Shown here: piece after piece, positions 20,331-31,387 of the stretch | Numbering within the stretch: position 1 is the first letter of the stretch | Layout of the letters: each line of letters begins with the position of its first letter | Origin: an uncultured Chloroflexia bacterium | Lineage (GTDB): Bacteria; Chloroflexota; Limnocylindria; Limnocylindrales; CSP1-4 | Direction: 5' to 3' | DNA length: 64,000 nt | Assembly (NCBI GenBank): GCA_963763775.1 | Contig: CAVXPZ010000003.1 | Coordinates: forward strand, 96,001 to 160,000 | Translations under genes and position numbers: made by a program | The notes under the pieces: generated by a model | What the model saw: the letters and a program-made list of their open reading frames with translations, nothing else | Told to the model about the DNA's origin: nothing | Database searches by the model: none

Positions 20331-21683
20331 ATGAACGACGACCGCGCCCGGGACGCGCTCGCGCTCGCGGAGGCGGCGATCGCCCATGCCGAGCGCGAAG
20401 GGGCGACGGAGGCCGAGGCGCTGGTCATGGCCGACGACGCAGCCCTCACCCGATTCGCGAACAGCCAGATCCATCAGAACGTGGCCGAGACCAACGTCGT
20501 GATCAACCTGCGCTTCGTCGTCGGCAAGCGCGTGGCCGTGGCCTCGTCCGGCCGCACGGACGACGAGGGGCTCCGCCGGCTCGCATCGAATGCCGCCGCG
20601 ATCGCCGGGGTGGTCGAGGAACTCGATGACTGGAGCGGGCTGCCCGGCCCGTCGACGGCCGATGACGTCGCGGCCGCCTACAGCACGGCCACGGCCGAGG
20701 CGAGCCCGGAGTCACGTGCCGAGGGCGTCCGACAGGTCATCGCCGCGGCCGACGAGGCGGGGGTCGTCGCCTACGGCTCGTTCTCGACCGGCACCGAGAC
20801 GTTCGCCGTCGCGAACTCGAAGGGCGCCCGCCAGAGCGGGACGCGCACGGTCTCGCAGCTGCTGACGGTGTCGATGGGCCCGGACGGCGGGACGGGCTAC
20901 GCGGAGGCGGCCGCCGTCGACAGCACGACCATCGACGCGGCGGCCATCGGCCGCGAGTCGGCGGCCAAGGCGCGAGCGACGGCGAACGCGGTCGCCATCG
21001 ATGCGGGCGACTACCCGGTGGTGCTCGAGGAGTACGCGGTGGTCGACATCCTCGACATGCTCGGCTACCTCGGGTTCTCGGCCCTCGCCGTCCAGGAGGG
21101 CCGGAGCTTCGTGGAGCCCGGCCGCCGGATCGGCTCCGACCTCGTGACGATCACCGACGACGGCCGCGACCCGCTCGGCCTGCCGCTCTGGTTCGACTTC
21201 GAGGGGGTCGCCAAGCAGCGCATCCCGCTCGTGGACGCCGGGGTCTGCCGCGGCGTCGTGTACGACTCGCAGACGGCGGCACGGGACGGGGTCGCCTCCA
21301 CCGGCCATGGGCTGCCGGCCCCCAACTCCTACGGCCCGTTCCCGCTGAACCTGGTCATGGACGCCGGCTCGACGTCGCGCGAGGACCTCGTCGCCGGCCT
21401 GGATCGCGGTCTGCTCGTGACCCGCTTCCACTACACGAACCCGGTCCACCCCAAGCTGGCGATCGTGACCGGCATGACCCGCGACGGCACGTTCCTCGTC
21501 GAGGACGGGAAGATCGTGGCCCCGGTCCGGAACCTGCGCTTCACGCAGAGCTACCTCGACGCGCTGGCCGGGACGGTCGCCGTGTCCACGGAGCGCAAGA
21601 CGCTCAAGGGCTTCCTCGGCGGTGTCGTGGTCCCGGCGGTCCGCCTCGAGGGGTGGACCTTCACTGGTACTACCGAGCACTGA
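20331..21683 (+). CDS. TldE/PmbA family protein
   Basis: TRFANSQIHQN, FDFEG, STGH, TGMTRDGTF; no HExxxH; follows tldD. Confidence 0.9.
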   Translation: MNDDRARDALALAEAAIAHAEREGATEAEALVMADDAALTRFANSQIHQNVAETNVVINLRFVVGKRVAVASSGRTDDEGLRRLASNAAAIAGVVEELDDWSGLPGPSTADDVAAAYSTATAEASPESRAEGVRQVIAAADEAGVVAYGSFSTGTETFAVANSKGARQSGTRTVSQLLTVSMGPDGGTGYAEAAAVDSTTIDAAAIGRESAAKARATANAVAIDAGDYPVVLEEYAVVDILDMLGYLGFSALAVQEGRSFVEPGRRIGSDLVTITDDGRDPLGLPLWFDFEGVAKQRIPLVDAGVCRGVVYDSQTAARDGVASTGHGLPAPNSYGPFPLNLVMDAGSTSREDLVAGLDRGLLVTRFHYTNPVHPKLAIVTGMTRDGTFLVEDGKIVAPVRNLRFTQSYLDALAGTVAVSTERKTLKGFLGGVVVPAVRLEGWTFTGTTEH

Positions 21684-21716
21684 CGTCCCGGTGCGGGAGC
21701 CGTCTAGCCTCCCGTC

Positions 21717-22640
21717 ATGACCGACATCTGGGTCTGCTCGAACTGCGCATCCGTCAACCGCCAGCGCTCGTCCAGCTGCTACAAGTGCGGCGCACCGCAG
21801 ACCGACGCGACGGGGGCCATGGCGGAGCATCGCGTGGTCGAGGCCGTCGCGAACCGCTCGGTCCGCAGGTATCGCGGCTCGACCCTGATCTTCCTCGTGG
21901 CCTCCGCCCTGGTCCTGGCCGTGGCGACGCTCGGCCTCGTCATCCTCCTGGACAGCCTCCGCGACGTCGATGCCATCCGATCGGCGCTCGTCACCGCCAT
22001 CCAGACGCGGACCCCGTCCGGCGAGGCGCTCGCCGCCGGGGCCGACCGGCTGGCGGGCGCGGAGCAGCTCCACCTCGTCCTGCTGCTGGCCGCGGTCGTG
22101 GCCTTCGGTGCGTGGCTCAGCCGCGTCGTATCGAACATCCCGACGCTCGGCGGCGGGATCCCCGCGACCTCACCGACCCGGGCGTTCATCTACCCGTGCA
22201 TCCCGCTCTGGAACCTCATCAAGGTCCCCGGGATCATGCAGGACGTCCTGTATCGGCTGGATCCCAAGGCCGGCGGCTTCTTCATGATCCTCATCGCCTG
22301 GTTCGGCCTGGTCGGCAGCTGGTTCGTCAGCCTGATCGGTGGCTGGGTCATCGCCTTCGTCGGGGTCCGCGACGTCACGGTCGCCGCCCAGGCGCGCTCG
22401 ACCGACGCCATCGTGGCGGCCGCGGTCCGGGCGTTCGACCAGCTCATCGCGCTGGAGGTCGTGACCGCCCTGATGGTGGCCGGCGGTGCGGCCGTGCTCG
22501 TCCTGGTCATGGCCCGGATCGAGCGGCGAGCGAAGGCGCGCGATGCTGAGATCCGCGCGGCGGCGGCCGCAGCGTTCGGGACCGGCGCGGCCGGGGTGGC
22601 TGAGTCAGCATCTGGCGAGGGCATGCCCGGCACCGTCTAG
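21717..22640 (+). CDS. DUF4328-like membrane protein with N-terminal RanBP2-type zinc finger
   Basis: WVCSNCASVNRQRSSSCYKCG; WL-x-R-x-x-x-N...IPLWNL. Confidence 0.75.
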   Translation: MTDIWVCSNCASVNRQRSSSCYKCGAPQTDATGAMAEHRVVEAVANRSVRRYRGSTLIFLVASALVLAVATLGLVILLDSLRDVDAIRSALVTAIQTRTPSGEALAAGADRLAGAEQLHLVLLLAAVVAFGAWLSRVVSNIPTLGGGIPATSPTRAFIYPCIPLWNLIKVPGIMQDVLYRLDPKAGGFFMILIAWFGLVGSWFVSLIGGWVIAFVGVRDVTVAAQARSTDAIVAAAVRAFDQLIALEVVTALMVAGGAAVLVLVMARIERRAKARDAEIRAAAAAAFGTGAAGVAESASGEGMPGTV

Positions 22641-22774
22641 CGCGACGGGCCGCGTCACAGGGCGACGGGCCGCGCCACCGCGATATCGCCCCTTCGCGTG
22701 ACCACGCGAGCTGAGGCCGTTGGGGTACGCTCGGCGCTGACCTAGCGACAACCCACGACGCCCCCGGAGGACCG

Positions 22775-24043
22775 ATGCCCGCGTTCGATGTCGATGCCCT
22801 GCGCGCCGAATTCCCGGCGCTCGCCCGCGAGCAGGACGGCCAGCCTGTCGCCTTCCTCGATGGACCCGGCGGGACCCAGGTGCCGCAGCGGGTGATCGAC
22901 GCGGTCGTCGGCTACTACCGCGACATGAACGCGAACCACGAGGGTGCCTTCGCGACCAGCGCCCTCTCCGATGCGACGGTCGACGAGGCCCACGCCGCGG
23001 TCGCGGACTTCCTGGGTGCCGCCTCGCCGGACGAGATCAAGTTCGGTCAGAACATGTCGAGCCTGACGCTCCACATCGGGCGCTGCATCGGGTCGACCCT
23101 GGGGCCACGCGACGAGATCGTCGTCACGACGCTCGACCACGAGGCGAACGTCTCGACCTGGAAGGCGATGGCCGCCGACCGGGGGGTCACGGTCCACCAG
23201 GTCGACATCCGCCCCGACGATGTCACCCTGGACCTCGAGGACCTGGAGTCCAAGCTCGGACCGCGCACGCGCCTGGTCGCCGTCGGGTATGCGAGCAACG
23301 CGGTCGGGACGATCAACCCGGTCAAGGCGATCATCGAGCGCGCCCATGAGGTCGGCGCGCTGACGTTCGTCGACGCGGTGGCGTACGCGCCCCACGGCCC
23401 GATCGACGTCCAGGCGCTCGACACGGACTTCCTCGCGACCTCGGTCTACAAGTGGTTCGGGCCGCACCTCGGTGCGCTCTACGGCAAGGCCACCGTCCTC
23501 GACGACCTGCCGGCGTTCAAGGTCCGTCCCGCGACCGACCGGTTCGAGACCGGGACGCAGTCGTTCGAGTCGATCGCCGGCGCCCTGGCGGCCACCGACT
23601 ATCTCCGCGACGTCGGCCGGACCTACGGGGATCCCGGCGCGGCGCCCGGGGCCGAGGGTGGCAGCGAGCGCCGACGCGAGCTGGTCGCCGGCATGGTCGC
23701 GATCGCCGACTACGAGCGCGCCCTGGTGACCCGCCTCATCGAGGGCCTCGGCCGCATCGCCGGTGTCACGATCCACGGCATCACGGACCCGGCGCGGTTC
23801 GCCGCCGAGCGCGTGCCGACGGTCTCGATCTCGATCGACGGGGTCCATCCGCACGATGCCGCCGAGACCCTCGGACGCCAGGGCATCTACGTGTGGGACG
23901 GTGACTTCTACGCCACGAGCCTCATCGAGGCGCTCGGCAAGGCGGAGACCGGGGGCGTGCTGCGTATCGGCCTCGTCCACTACAACACGGCCGCCGAGGT
24001 GGACCGGACGCTCGACGCGCTCGAGGCGATCGCCGCGCGGTGA
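22775..24043 (+). CDS. cysteine desulfurase-like PLP enzyme (class V aminotransferase)
   Basis: FLDGPGGTQVP, LDHEAN, DAVAYAPH, YKWFGPH, RIGLVHYN. Confidence 0.92.
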   Translation: MPAFDVDALRAEFPALAREQDGQPVAFLDGPGGTQVPQRVIDAVVGYYRDMNANHEGAFATSALSDATVDEAHAAVADFLGAASPDEIKFGQNMSSLTLHIGRCIGSTLGPRDEIVVTTLDHEANVSTWKAMAADRGVTVHQVDIRPDDVTLDLEDLESKLGPRTRLVAVGYASNAVGTINPVKAIIERAHEVGALTFVDAVAYAPHGPIDVQALDTDFLATSVYKWFGPHLGALYGKATVLDDLPAFKVRPATDRFETGTQSFESIAGALAATDYLRDVGRTYGDPGAAPGAEGGSERRRELVAGMVAIADYERALVTRLIEGLGRIAGVTIHGITDPARFAAERVPTVSISIDGVHPHDAAETLGRQGIYVWDGDFYATSLIEALGKAETGGVLRIGLVHYNTAAEVDRTLDALEAIAAR

Positions 24044-24501
24044 GCGACGGCGAGCCGGGTCCGTCCATCCAGGCGCGGCTCGCCCGCGGGTTCGACCCGG
24101 TCGAGCTGCGCCGGATCAAGCGGCTCTGGGTCCGGCACTCCATCGCGGAGGACCGGCGGGACATCGACGGCCTGATCGCCACGCTCGCACCGGATTGCGT
24201 CTACGAGATCGTCGTGACGGGCCAGCGATGGACGGGCCACGAAGGCGCCCGCGGCTTCTACACGGAACTCTTCGCGGCGTTCCCGGACAACGCGTTCGCC
24301 CTCTCGGAGATCGTCGTGGGCCCGCAGGGCGTCATGGAGGTCGCGACGCTCACGGGCACGAACCAGGGCCCATGGGCCGGCGCGCCCGCGTCCGGGATGC
24401 CGGTCAGCCTGGAGGTCCTCATCCTCTTCCCGTGGGACCCGGGCACCGGGCGGTTCCTCGGCGAGCGGATCTGGTTCGACCGAGGGTCGCTGCCCCGCTG
24501 A
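24040..24501 (+). CDS. SnoaL-like ester cyclase/NTF2-fold protein
   Basis: FYTELFAAFPD...GT-x-x-GPWAGAPASG...ERIWFD. Confidence 0.85.
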   Translation: MSDGEPGPSIQARLARGFDPVELRRIKRLWVRHSIAEDRRDIDGLIATLAPDCVYEIVVTGQRWTGHEGARGFYTELFAAFPDNAFALSEIVVGPQGVMEVATLTGTNQGPWAGAPASGMPVSLEVLILFPWDPGTGRFLGERIWFDRGSLPR

Positions 24502-24581
24502 CCGGGGCGACCACGGGCGGGTTGCACTCGATCACGCCCCCTCCCCTCGATCCCGCCTCGACCGCGGCCACCGATCAGCCC

Positions 24582-24731
24582 ATGGCACCGGGAACATCGA
24601 TCGATCTCTGGATCGCGGACGCCGGCTACCTGGTCGCATTGGGATCGGTCGACGTCGGTCCCGACCAGCGCAGCTCCATCCAGGTCACCGCCATCAACGA
24701 CCCGAAGAACGTCGTCAAGCGACCGTCCTAG
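24582..24731 (+). pseudogene. probable orphan C-terminal gene fragment
   Basis: SIDLWIADAGYLVA...SIQVTAINDPKNVVKRPS* reads as coding sequence with no convincing 5' part. Confidence 0.45.
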
Positions 24732-27598
24732 GACGCCGCGAGCATCCAGATCCCGGGATCCGGGTCGGCCGGGTCGCCGCCGACCTCCGCGAACGCCGCC
24801 ACCGCGCGGCGGAGATGGTCGCGTGACTCAGGCTCGCGGGCGGCCGCGTGGAGCATGTCCGCCAGGTGGTTCTCGACGGCCGCCTCCAGATGGCGGTCCC
24901 CGATCCGACGGCAGGTCGCCAGGGCGGTCTCACCACGGGCCAGGGCACCATCGATGTCACCCTCCGCGGCGTCTGCCATCGCGAGCCCGACGAGCGCCGA
25001 GATCCCGGCGATCGGGTCCGGGTCTTCGGCGGCCGCGGCCAGGGCGAGGTCGAGGGACCGACGCGCGGCAGCGGTGTCGCCTCGATCGAGCTCGGTCAGG
25101 CCGATGCTCCGGTGCGCGGCACCGATCGAGACGGTATCGCCCGCGGCCGTCGCGTCGGCGAGAGCCGCCCGGGCCGCCGTCGCCGCGCCGTCGATGTCGC
25201 CGGTGCGCCGTCGGACCAGCGCTCGATCGACCAGCATCCGGGCTCGGAGCCCACGGTCATCGGCCGCCGCGAGGCCGGCCTCGAGATATCGGTCTGCGGC
25301 GGTCAGGTCGCCGCGTCGGAAGTGCGCCCTGGCGAGGGACAGCTCCAACGGCGGCAATTCGGCCGGCGAGGCCAGCGCGGCGGCCGACTCCAGGGCCGCG
25401 ATGGCACCGGCATAGTCGCCCAGCCGCGTCCGAAGCGCCCCGATCGCCGCGTACAGCCCGACGACATCCGGGTGACCGAGGGCCACGGCCGCCGAGTAGT
25501 GGCTGATGGCATCGGCATTCGCGAACAAGCCGGCGGCGCGGTCCCCGGCCTCGCGGAACGCCTCGGCGGCATCGGCGTCGCGGCCGGCGTCCCGCTCGTG
25601 CTGGGCGATCTGGACCAGACGGCCCAGGTCGTCGCGACCGACGCCCCCAAGGTCCATGCGGAGCGCTTCCGCGATCCGGCGGTGCAGCAGCCGGCGGCGG
25701 GCCAGGCTGGTCGACTCGTCCGCGAGGTCGCGAAGCGCGGCGTGCGCGAAGTCGTAGCGGATCCCCAGGCGGTTCGGCGACGTCGTGGACGGCGCGGGCG
25801 GTGAGGTCGCCGCCACGGACCGGGCGCGGGGCTCGGCAAGCTCGCGGATCAGGCCCCGCCGCAGGAGTTCGTCGAGGGCCTGGATGGTCTCGTCCTCGGA
25901 CCGACCGCTCGCGTGCCTGACGGTCGCGAGGTCGAACGACCGCCCGATCGCGGCCGCGGCGGCGAGCATCTGTTCGGCGACGCCGTCGACCGACGCCAGC
26001 CGCTGACGCAGCACGGCCCGCACGCCGTCGGGCATCCCGTCGCCTGGCGCCGCGCCGCTGGCGAGGACCTCGACGACGTAGAGCGGCAATCCTTCGGACG
26101 CGGCGACCAGTGGGTCGACGAACGATCGCGCCGGGGCCGACACGCCCGGTCGCCGCGACGACCAGGGCCTCGACATCGTCGCGGTCGAGCCGTTCGAGGT
26201 CGACCGTCGTCACGCGCGGCAGCGCCTCGACCTGACGGGCGAACGCGCGAGCGGCGGCGTCGAGCTCCTCGTGGCGCCACGTCAGCACCAGGACGAGCGG
26301 CCGATCGGCCAGGCGGCGCGCCAGGTAGGCGAGGGCCTCGAGGGATCCGGCGTCGACCCACTGGACGTCGTCGACCCAGACGATCCCCGGCGCGGCACCA
26401 CTTGACGGCGGCCGCGAGCGCCGCCGCGATCGCGGCGACCAGGCGGGCATGCGCACCGGGGCCGTCGACATCGGTCCCGCGTCCGGCCCCATCGATCGTC
26501 GGCAGGAGCCGATGGAGGTCGGCAAGGACCGGTGCGTCGAGCCGGCGGATCCGTGCGAGCGCGGCCGGGTCGGCCTGACCGGCGCGAAGCAGCTCGACGA
26601 TCGGACCGTAGGCGATCGCCTGCTCGGCGGCGTGCGCGCGGGCGGCGAGGACCGTCGCTCCGGCGGCCCGCGCCGCGGCCACGAACGTCTCGGCCAGGCG
26701 AGTCTTGCCGATCCCGGCCTCGCCGGAGAGGACCACGACCCGGCCGTCCGGAGTCGCGCCGGCGTGGGCGTCGGCAAGCATGGCCAGGGGACCGTCGCGG
26801 CCGACCATCGGCAGACCGCCGTGGACGACGCCGGCCGCGACGTCACGAGGAGCCGGCATCGGCCGGGACGGCATCGCGGATCGCCTCGTATCGCGCCGTC
26901 GTCTCGGGCAGCGGCGCGACGCCGAGCTCGCGTTCGAGCGTCGCGACGCAGATCCGGTACTGGCGCATCGCGGCGGCACGGTCGCCGGTGGCGGCGTAGA
27001 GATCCATGAGGCGCACGTGCGCCCCTTCGTCCAGCGGGTCGAGGTCCACGCGATGCGCGGCCGCCGCGACCGCACCGGGCAGGTCCCCTGCCGCCTCGAG
27101 CGTCGCCGACAGCCGGTCCAGCACCGCGTTCACGGTCCGTTCGGCCGCGATCGCGCGGGCGGCTCGCCAGTCGTCGAAGTCCGGGCTGTCACGGAGCGTG
27201 AACCCGGCGAGGAACGGGCCCCGCGCCAGCGCGGCCGCGCGCTGGAGATCCGCGAGGTCCGGGGAGCGCGCCAGCGTCTCGAGGTCCTGCACATCGATGC
27301 GGACGCGGTCGCGGACCAGATCGACCCTCGATCGATCGACGAGGATCGCGACGTCGCCGACCGCGGCCCGCAAGGCCGACAGCGTGCGCCGAAGCGCCCC
27401 GCGCGCGGACGTGTCGTCCGCATCCGGCCACAGGAGGGCGGCGAGCTCCTCGCGAGCGTACGGGCGCTGGTCGGCCGCGAGGACGGCGAGGATCGCGACG
27501 GCCTTCCGGGTGTCGACGACGAGTGGGACGCCGGACACGAGGATCTCTGGCGGGCCGAGCAGGCGGATGTCGAGCCGCGGTGGCTCTCGCTTCGTCAC
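24728..27598 (-). CDS. SARP/BTAD-AAA(STAND)-TPR transcriptional regulator, frameshifted into about 3 ORFs
   Basis: IRLLGPP wHTH, LARGPFLAG...DPLDE BTAD, Walker A GEAGIGKT, Walker B VDDVQW, GLPLYV, YDFAH, TPR-like C terminus. Confidence 0.88.
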
Positions 27599-27600
27599 CG

Positions 27601-27662
27601 CGTAACGGTACTCAACGGCGAGCCCATCCCGTAACGTTCCGGTGACGCCGACCCGCGAGGAT
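27601..27662. promoter_or_regulatory. divergent promoter region with CGTAACG-containing repeats
   Basis: CGTAACG at 27601 and 27630; GCCCATCCCGTAACGTTCCGGTGACG (27622-27647) resembles 32584-32610. Confidence 0.55.
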
Positions 27663-27760
27663 CACCCGATGCCGTCACCGGACCGGACTTGCCCGCGCCG
27701 CCCGCCGATCGCCGCGACGTCACCCGGCGCCGACCGGTGGCTCGCCGTGGCCGCCCGCCC

Positions 27761-28970
27761 ATGAGCCACCGGCGGACCCTGGCCCTCGTCCTGTGGGTGA
27801 TGATCGTGACCGCGGCGGCGATCGCGACGCTCCTCGTGATCGCGACGCGCGACACGCCCGTTCCGACGTCGTGGGGATTTCGCGGCGCATCCGAGGCGTT
27901 CGCCGTCGCCTGCGGGACGGTCGGGGCGATCGTCGGCCTGCGGCGTCCCGAGAACTCGATCGGCTGGCTGTTCGTGGCGATCGGCCTCTGCTTCGCCGGT
28001 CAGGCGCTGATCAACGAGTACGTCGTCGCCAGCATCGTTCGTCGTCGCCGGCGGCCTGCCCGCCACGACGTTCCTCGCCTGGACGCTGACGTGGTCGTGG
28101 GTTCCCGCGCTCGCGATCTCGCTGATCTTCCTGCCTCTCCTGTTCCCGACGGGGCACCTGCTCTCGCCGAGGTGGCGAACCGTCGCGGTCCTTGGCGTCA
28201 TCGCCACCGTCGCCTTCGCCGCCGCCGCGGCGTTCATCCCAGGGCCGATCCAGCAGGCGGTCTTCGTCGACAATCCCTACGCCGGTCACGGGTTGGACAA
28301 GTCGACGTATACCAACGTCATCTTCGGGCCGACCTCGCTCGTCCTGGTGACCGCGATCGGACTCAGCATCGGCTCGCTGGTCATCCGGTTCCGGCGGTCG
28401 TCCACCGAGACGCGTCAGCAGATCAAGTGGTTCGCTCTGGCCGCGTTGGTCGCCGCCACGGCCTTCACCCTCTACGTCGCCGTCTCGTTCCTGGAACTGA
28501 CGTCGGCGACGAAGGCGCTCGAGATCGCGTCCGTCCTGTCCCTGATCGCCCTGCCGACGGCGGCGGGCCTGGCCATCCTCCGCTATCGCCTCTACGACAT
28601 CGACCGCATCATCAGCCGGACCCTCGGGTACATCGCCCTCACGGCCATCCTGTTCGGGATGTTCGCGCTCGTGACGGTGGCGCTCGAAGGGCTCATCAGC
28701 CCGATCACCGGGGGCGACTCGCTCGCGGTCGCGGCCTCGACGCTCCTGGTCGCCGCGCTCGTCGCGCCGATCCGCTCGCGGGTGCAGCGGGTCGTCGATC
28801 GCCGGTTCGACCGGGCACGGTACGACACCGAGCTGACCGCGGTCGCGTTCGGCGAGCGTCTGCGCGAGCAGGTCGACATGGCCGCGCTCACCGACGACCT
28901 GACGACCACCGTCCGGGCTGCGGTGGCGCCGCGGTCGCTCGGTCTGTGGTTGCGGACCGTCGATCGATGA
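27761..28970 (+). CDS. polytopic membrane sensor-like protein, paralog 1 (frameshift near 28040)
   Basis: RPENSIGWL, LFPTG-x-L-x-SPRWR, RQQIKW, RYRLYDIDRIISRT, DRRFDRARYD, ends APRSLGLWLRTVDR. Confidence 0.85.
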
Positions 28971-30139
28971 CGGACGAGCGGCTGCGGCGCGCGGCCACCG
29001 GACTGGCCGTGGCATCGATCGCGGCGACCCTCGTCGGGATCGCCCTCACGATCGCCGCGTCCACGTTCGATCTCGCGACGGGGCCGTCGTTGATCGTGGC
29101 TGGCGTCGTCTACGCCGCCATCGGTGCTCGGATCGTCCGACGGCAGCCCAGGAACCCGGTCGGATGGCTTCTGCTCGGGAGTGGCCTCAGCTTCGCCATC
29201 ACGCTCGTGCTCGACGATTACGCGTCGCTGGCGGTCGCGACGGACCCATCGCTGTTCGCGGCGTCGTTCGCGGCGTGGCTGGGCGCCTGGACGTGGATCC
29301 CTGGCGCCGCGATGTTCCTGGTCTTCGTGCCCCTCGTCTTTCCCGACGGCCGCGTCCTGTCGCGGCGATGGTGGTGGTTCGCGGTCGTCGTGGCCGTCAT
29401 GGTCACGCTGGACACCCTCGCGCATGCCGCCGCCGGCTGGCCGCACGTCGGCGACCTCGCGTATCTCACGGGCACGTTCAACGCCGGCAGCGAACCGGGT
29501 CTCATGGGCGTGGCTGCCGACCAGCTCGATTCCTGGTTCGTCCTGGCCATGGTGTCGGTCGTTTCGATCGTGGTCCGGTTCCGCCGGTCGAGCGGCACGG
29601 AGCGGCTGCAGGTCCGCTGGTTCGCCCTGGCGATCGCGATCGCGGCCGTCGCGATCCTGATCGAGGGGGCGATCTTCGAGGACCCGGGCGGTCCGCTGCT
29701 CCTCATCGCGATCACGGTCATCCCGATCTCGATCGGCGTCGCCATGCTCCGCTACCGGTTGTACGACCTCGACCGCCTCGTGTCTCGGACGATCGCGTAT
29801 GGCCTGGTGACCGGGGCGCTCGTCGCGGCCTACGCCGCCCTCATCCTGTTGCTCGAGGGCCCGCTCAGCTCGCTGACGGGTGGCGACACGGTCGCCGTCG
29901 CCCTGTCCACGCTGATCGTCGCGGCGATGTTCCAGCCGATCCTTCGACGAGTCCGGCGACTCGTCGACAGCCGATTCGACCGGGCTCGATATGACGGTGA
30001 GCGCACGGCGTCCGCGTTCGCGGGACGGATGCGCGGCGCGGCGGACCTTGAGGCGGTCAGCGCCGATCTGGGCTCGACGGTGCGTGGAGCGATGGTGCCC
30101 TCTGGTCTCGGGTTGTGGCTCCGCGGGTCGCACCGATGA
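28967..30139 (+). CDS. polytopic membrane sensor-like protein, paralog 2
   Basis: ATGA overlap; PRNPVGWL, FPDGR, RLQVRW, RYRLYDLDRLVSRT, ends VPSGLGLWLRGSHR. Confidence 0.88.
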   Translation: MTDERLRRAATGLAVASIAATLVGIALTIAASTFDLATGPSLIVAGVVYAAIGARIVRRQPRNPVGWLLLGSGLSFAITLVLDDYASLAVATDPSLFAASFAAWLGAWTWIPGAAMFLVFVPLVFPDGRVLSRRWWWFAVVVAVMVTLDTLAHAAAGWPHVGDLAYLTGTFNAGSEPGLMGVAADQLDSWFVLAMVSVVSIVVRFRRSSGTERLQVRWFALAIAIAAVAILIEGAIFEDPGGPLLLIAITVIPISIGVAMLRYRLYDLDRLVSRTIAYGLVTGALVAAYAALILLLEGPLSSLTGGDTVAVALSTLIVAAMFQPILRRVRRLVDSRFDRARYDGERTASAFAGRMRGAADLEAVSADLGSTVRGAMVPSGLGLWLRGSHR

Positions 30140-30225
30140 CCGCGGCGACACGCGCGGGCGTGACCGTCAACGAGACGATCTCGCCCTCGAGCGTGGGCGT
30201 GTGGATCCGTGGGGCCGGGCATTGA
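30136..30225 (+). other. 29-aa mini-ORF encoding only the family C-terminal tail
   Basis: MTAATRAGVTVNETISPSSVGVWIRGAGH*; overlaps the previous stop (ATGA) and the next start (TTGA). Confidence 0.65.
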
Positions 30226-31387
30226 TCGGGCGGTGGCTCCTCCGGCTCGCGGCCATCGCCTCGATCGGTCTGTCCATCGCGACGGTCGTGGCCGATGCGG
30301 CGCTCGGCTGGTCGACCGGCTGGTTCGACACGCTGTACGCGGCGATCATCGTCGTCTTCGCCGTGGTCGGCTGGCTGATCGCCGAGCGGCGGCCGGGCAA
30401 CGCCGTCGGACCCTTGCTGCTGCTGTTCGCGCTGCCGTTCGCGATCTACCTGCCCTCGAACCTGTACCTCCAGCTCGCGGCGTCGCCGCCCGGGGGAGCG
30501 TACGCGGCGCTGTTCAACACGGTCCTCGACGCGCCGATGTTCGTCATCCTGGCGCTCGTCCTGATCGTGTTCCCGGACGGCCGGCTCCCGTCGCCTCGCT
30601 GGCGGCCGGCGATCGCGCTCGGCGTCATCGGCATCGTGCTGCCCGATCCTCGGCTACACCCTGGACCCGAACCCGATGCCCATCTACCCCGCCTACACGA
30701 GTCCGTTGGGGATCGATGGCTTCCCTGGGCTGGGGCTCGTCTATCTCGGCTACGCGATCATGTTGCTCCTGCTCGGCGGCGCCGCCGTCGCCCTGACCTC
30801 TCGGTGGCGACGCGGCGATCCGATCGAGCGGACCCAGATCAAGTGGGTCGTTGCCGCTGCCGTGGTGACGCTGTTCGTCGAGATCATCAACGTCGCGACG
30901 TTCCGGGCGGACGAGCCGAATGCCCTGATCACCATCCTCGGCAGCGCGGCGATCGCGCTGGTCCCGGCCGCCATCGGCGTGGCCATCCTCCGATACCGAC
31001 TGTACGAGATCGACCGGATCATCAGCCGGACCATCGCGTATGCCGTGCTCACCGGCATCCTGGCCGCCGTGTTCGCCGGCGCGATCCTGCTGCTGCAGGG
31101 TGCGCTCTCGACGTTCACGCAGGGCCAGACCGTCGCGGTCGCGGCGTCGACGCTCGCGGTCTTCGCGCTGTTCCAGCCGCTCCGTCGGCGAGTCCAGTCC
31201 GTCGTCGACCATCGCTTCGACCGTGCCCGGTACGACGCTGAGCGGACCGCCGTCGCCTTCTCGGTCCGACTGCGCCACGAGGTCGATATGGAGACCGTGA
31301 CGTCGGACCTCGCGAGTACCACGCGGCTGACCGTCGCGCCGTCGTCCCTCGACCATCTGGATCCGACAGAAGGAGGTCGCCCGATGA
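30222..31387 (+). CDS. polytopic membrane sensor-like protein, paralog 3 (frameshifts near 30643 and 31354)
   Basis: RPGNAVGPL, FPDGRLPSPRWR, RTQIKW, RYRLYEIDRIISRT; corrected end APSSLDIWIRQKEVAR*. Confidence 0.82.

Noticed and set aside
18839-24501. Possible RiPP cluster around tldD/pmbA, the desulfurase-like enzyme and the SnoaL protein
   Set aside because: No YcaO, radical SAM or lanthionine enzyme and no credible precursor peptide.
27689-30139. 816-aa ORF spanning paralogs 1 and 2
   Set aside because: The middle is Arg-rich off-frame sequence caused by the frameshift near 28040; these are two separate genes.
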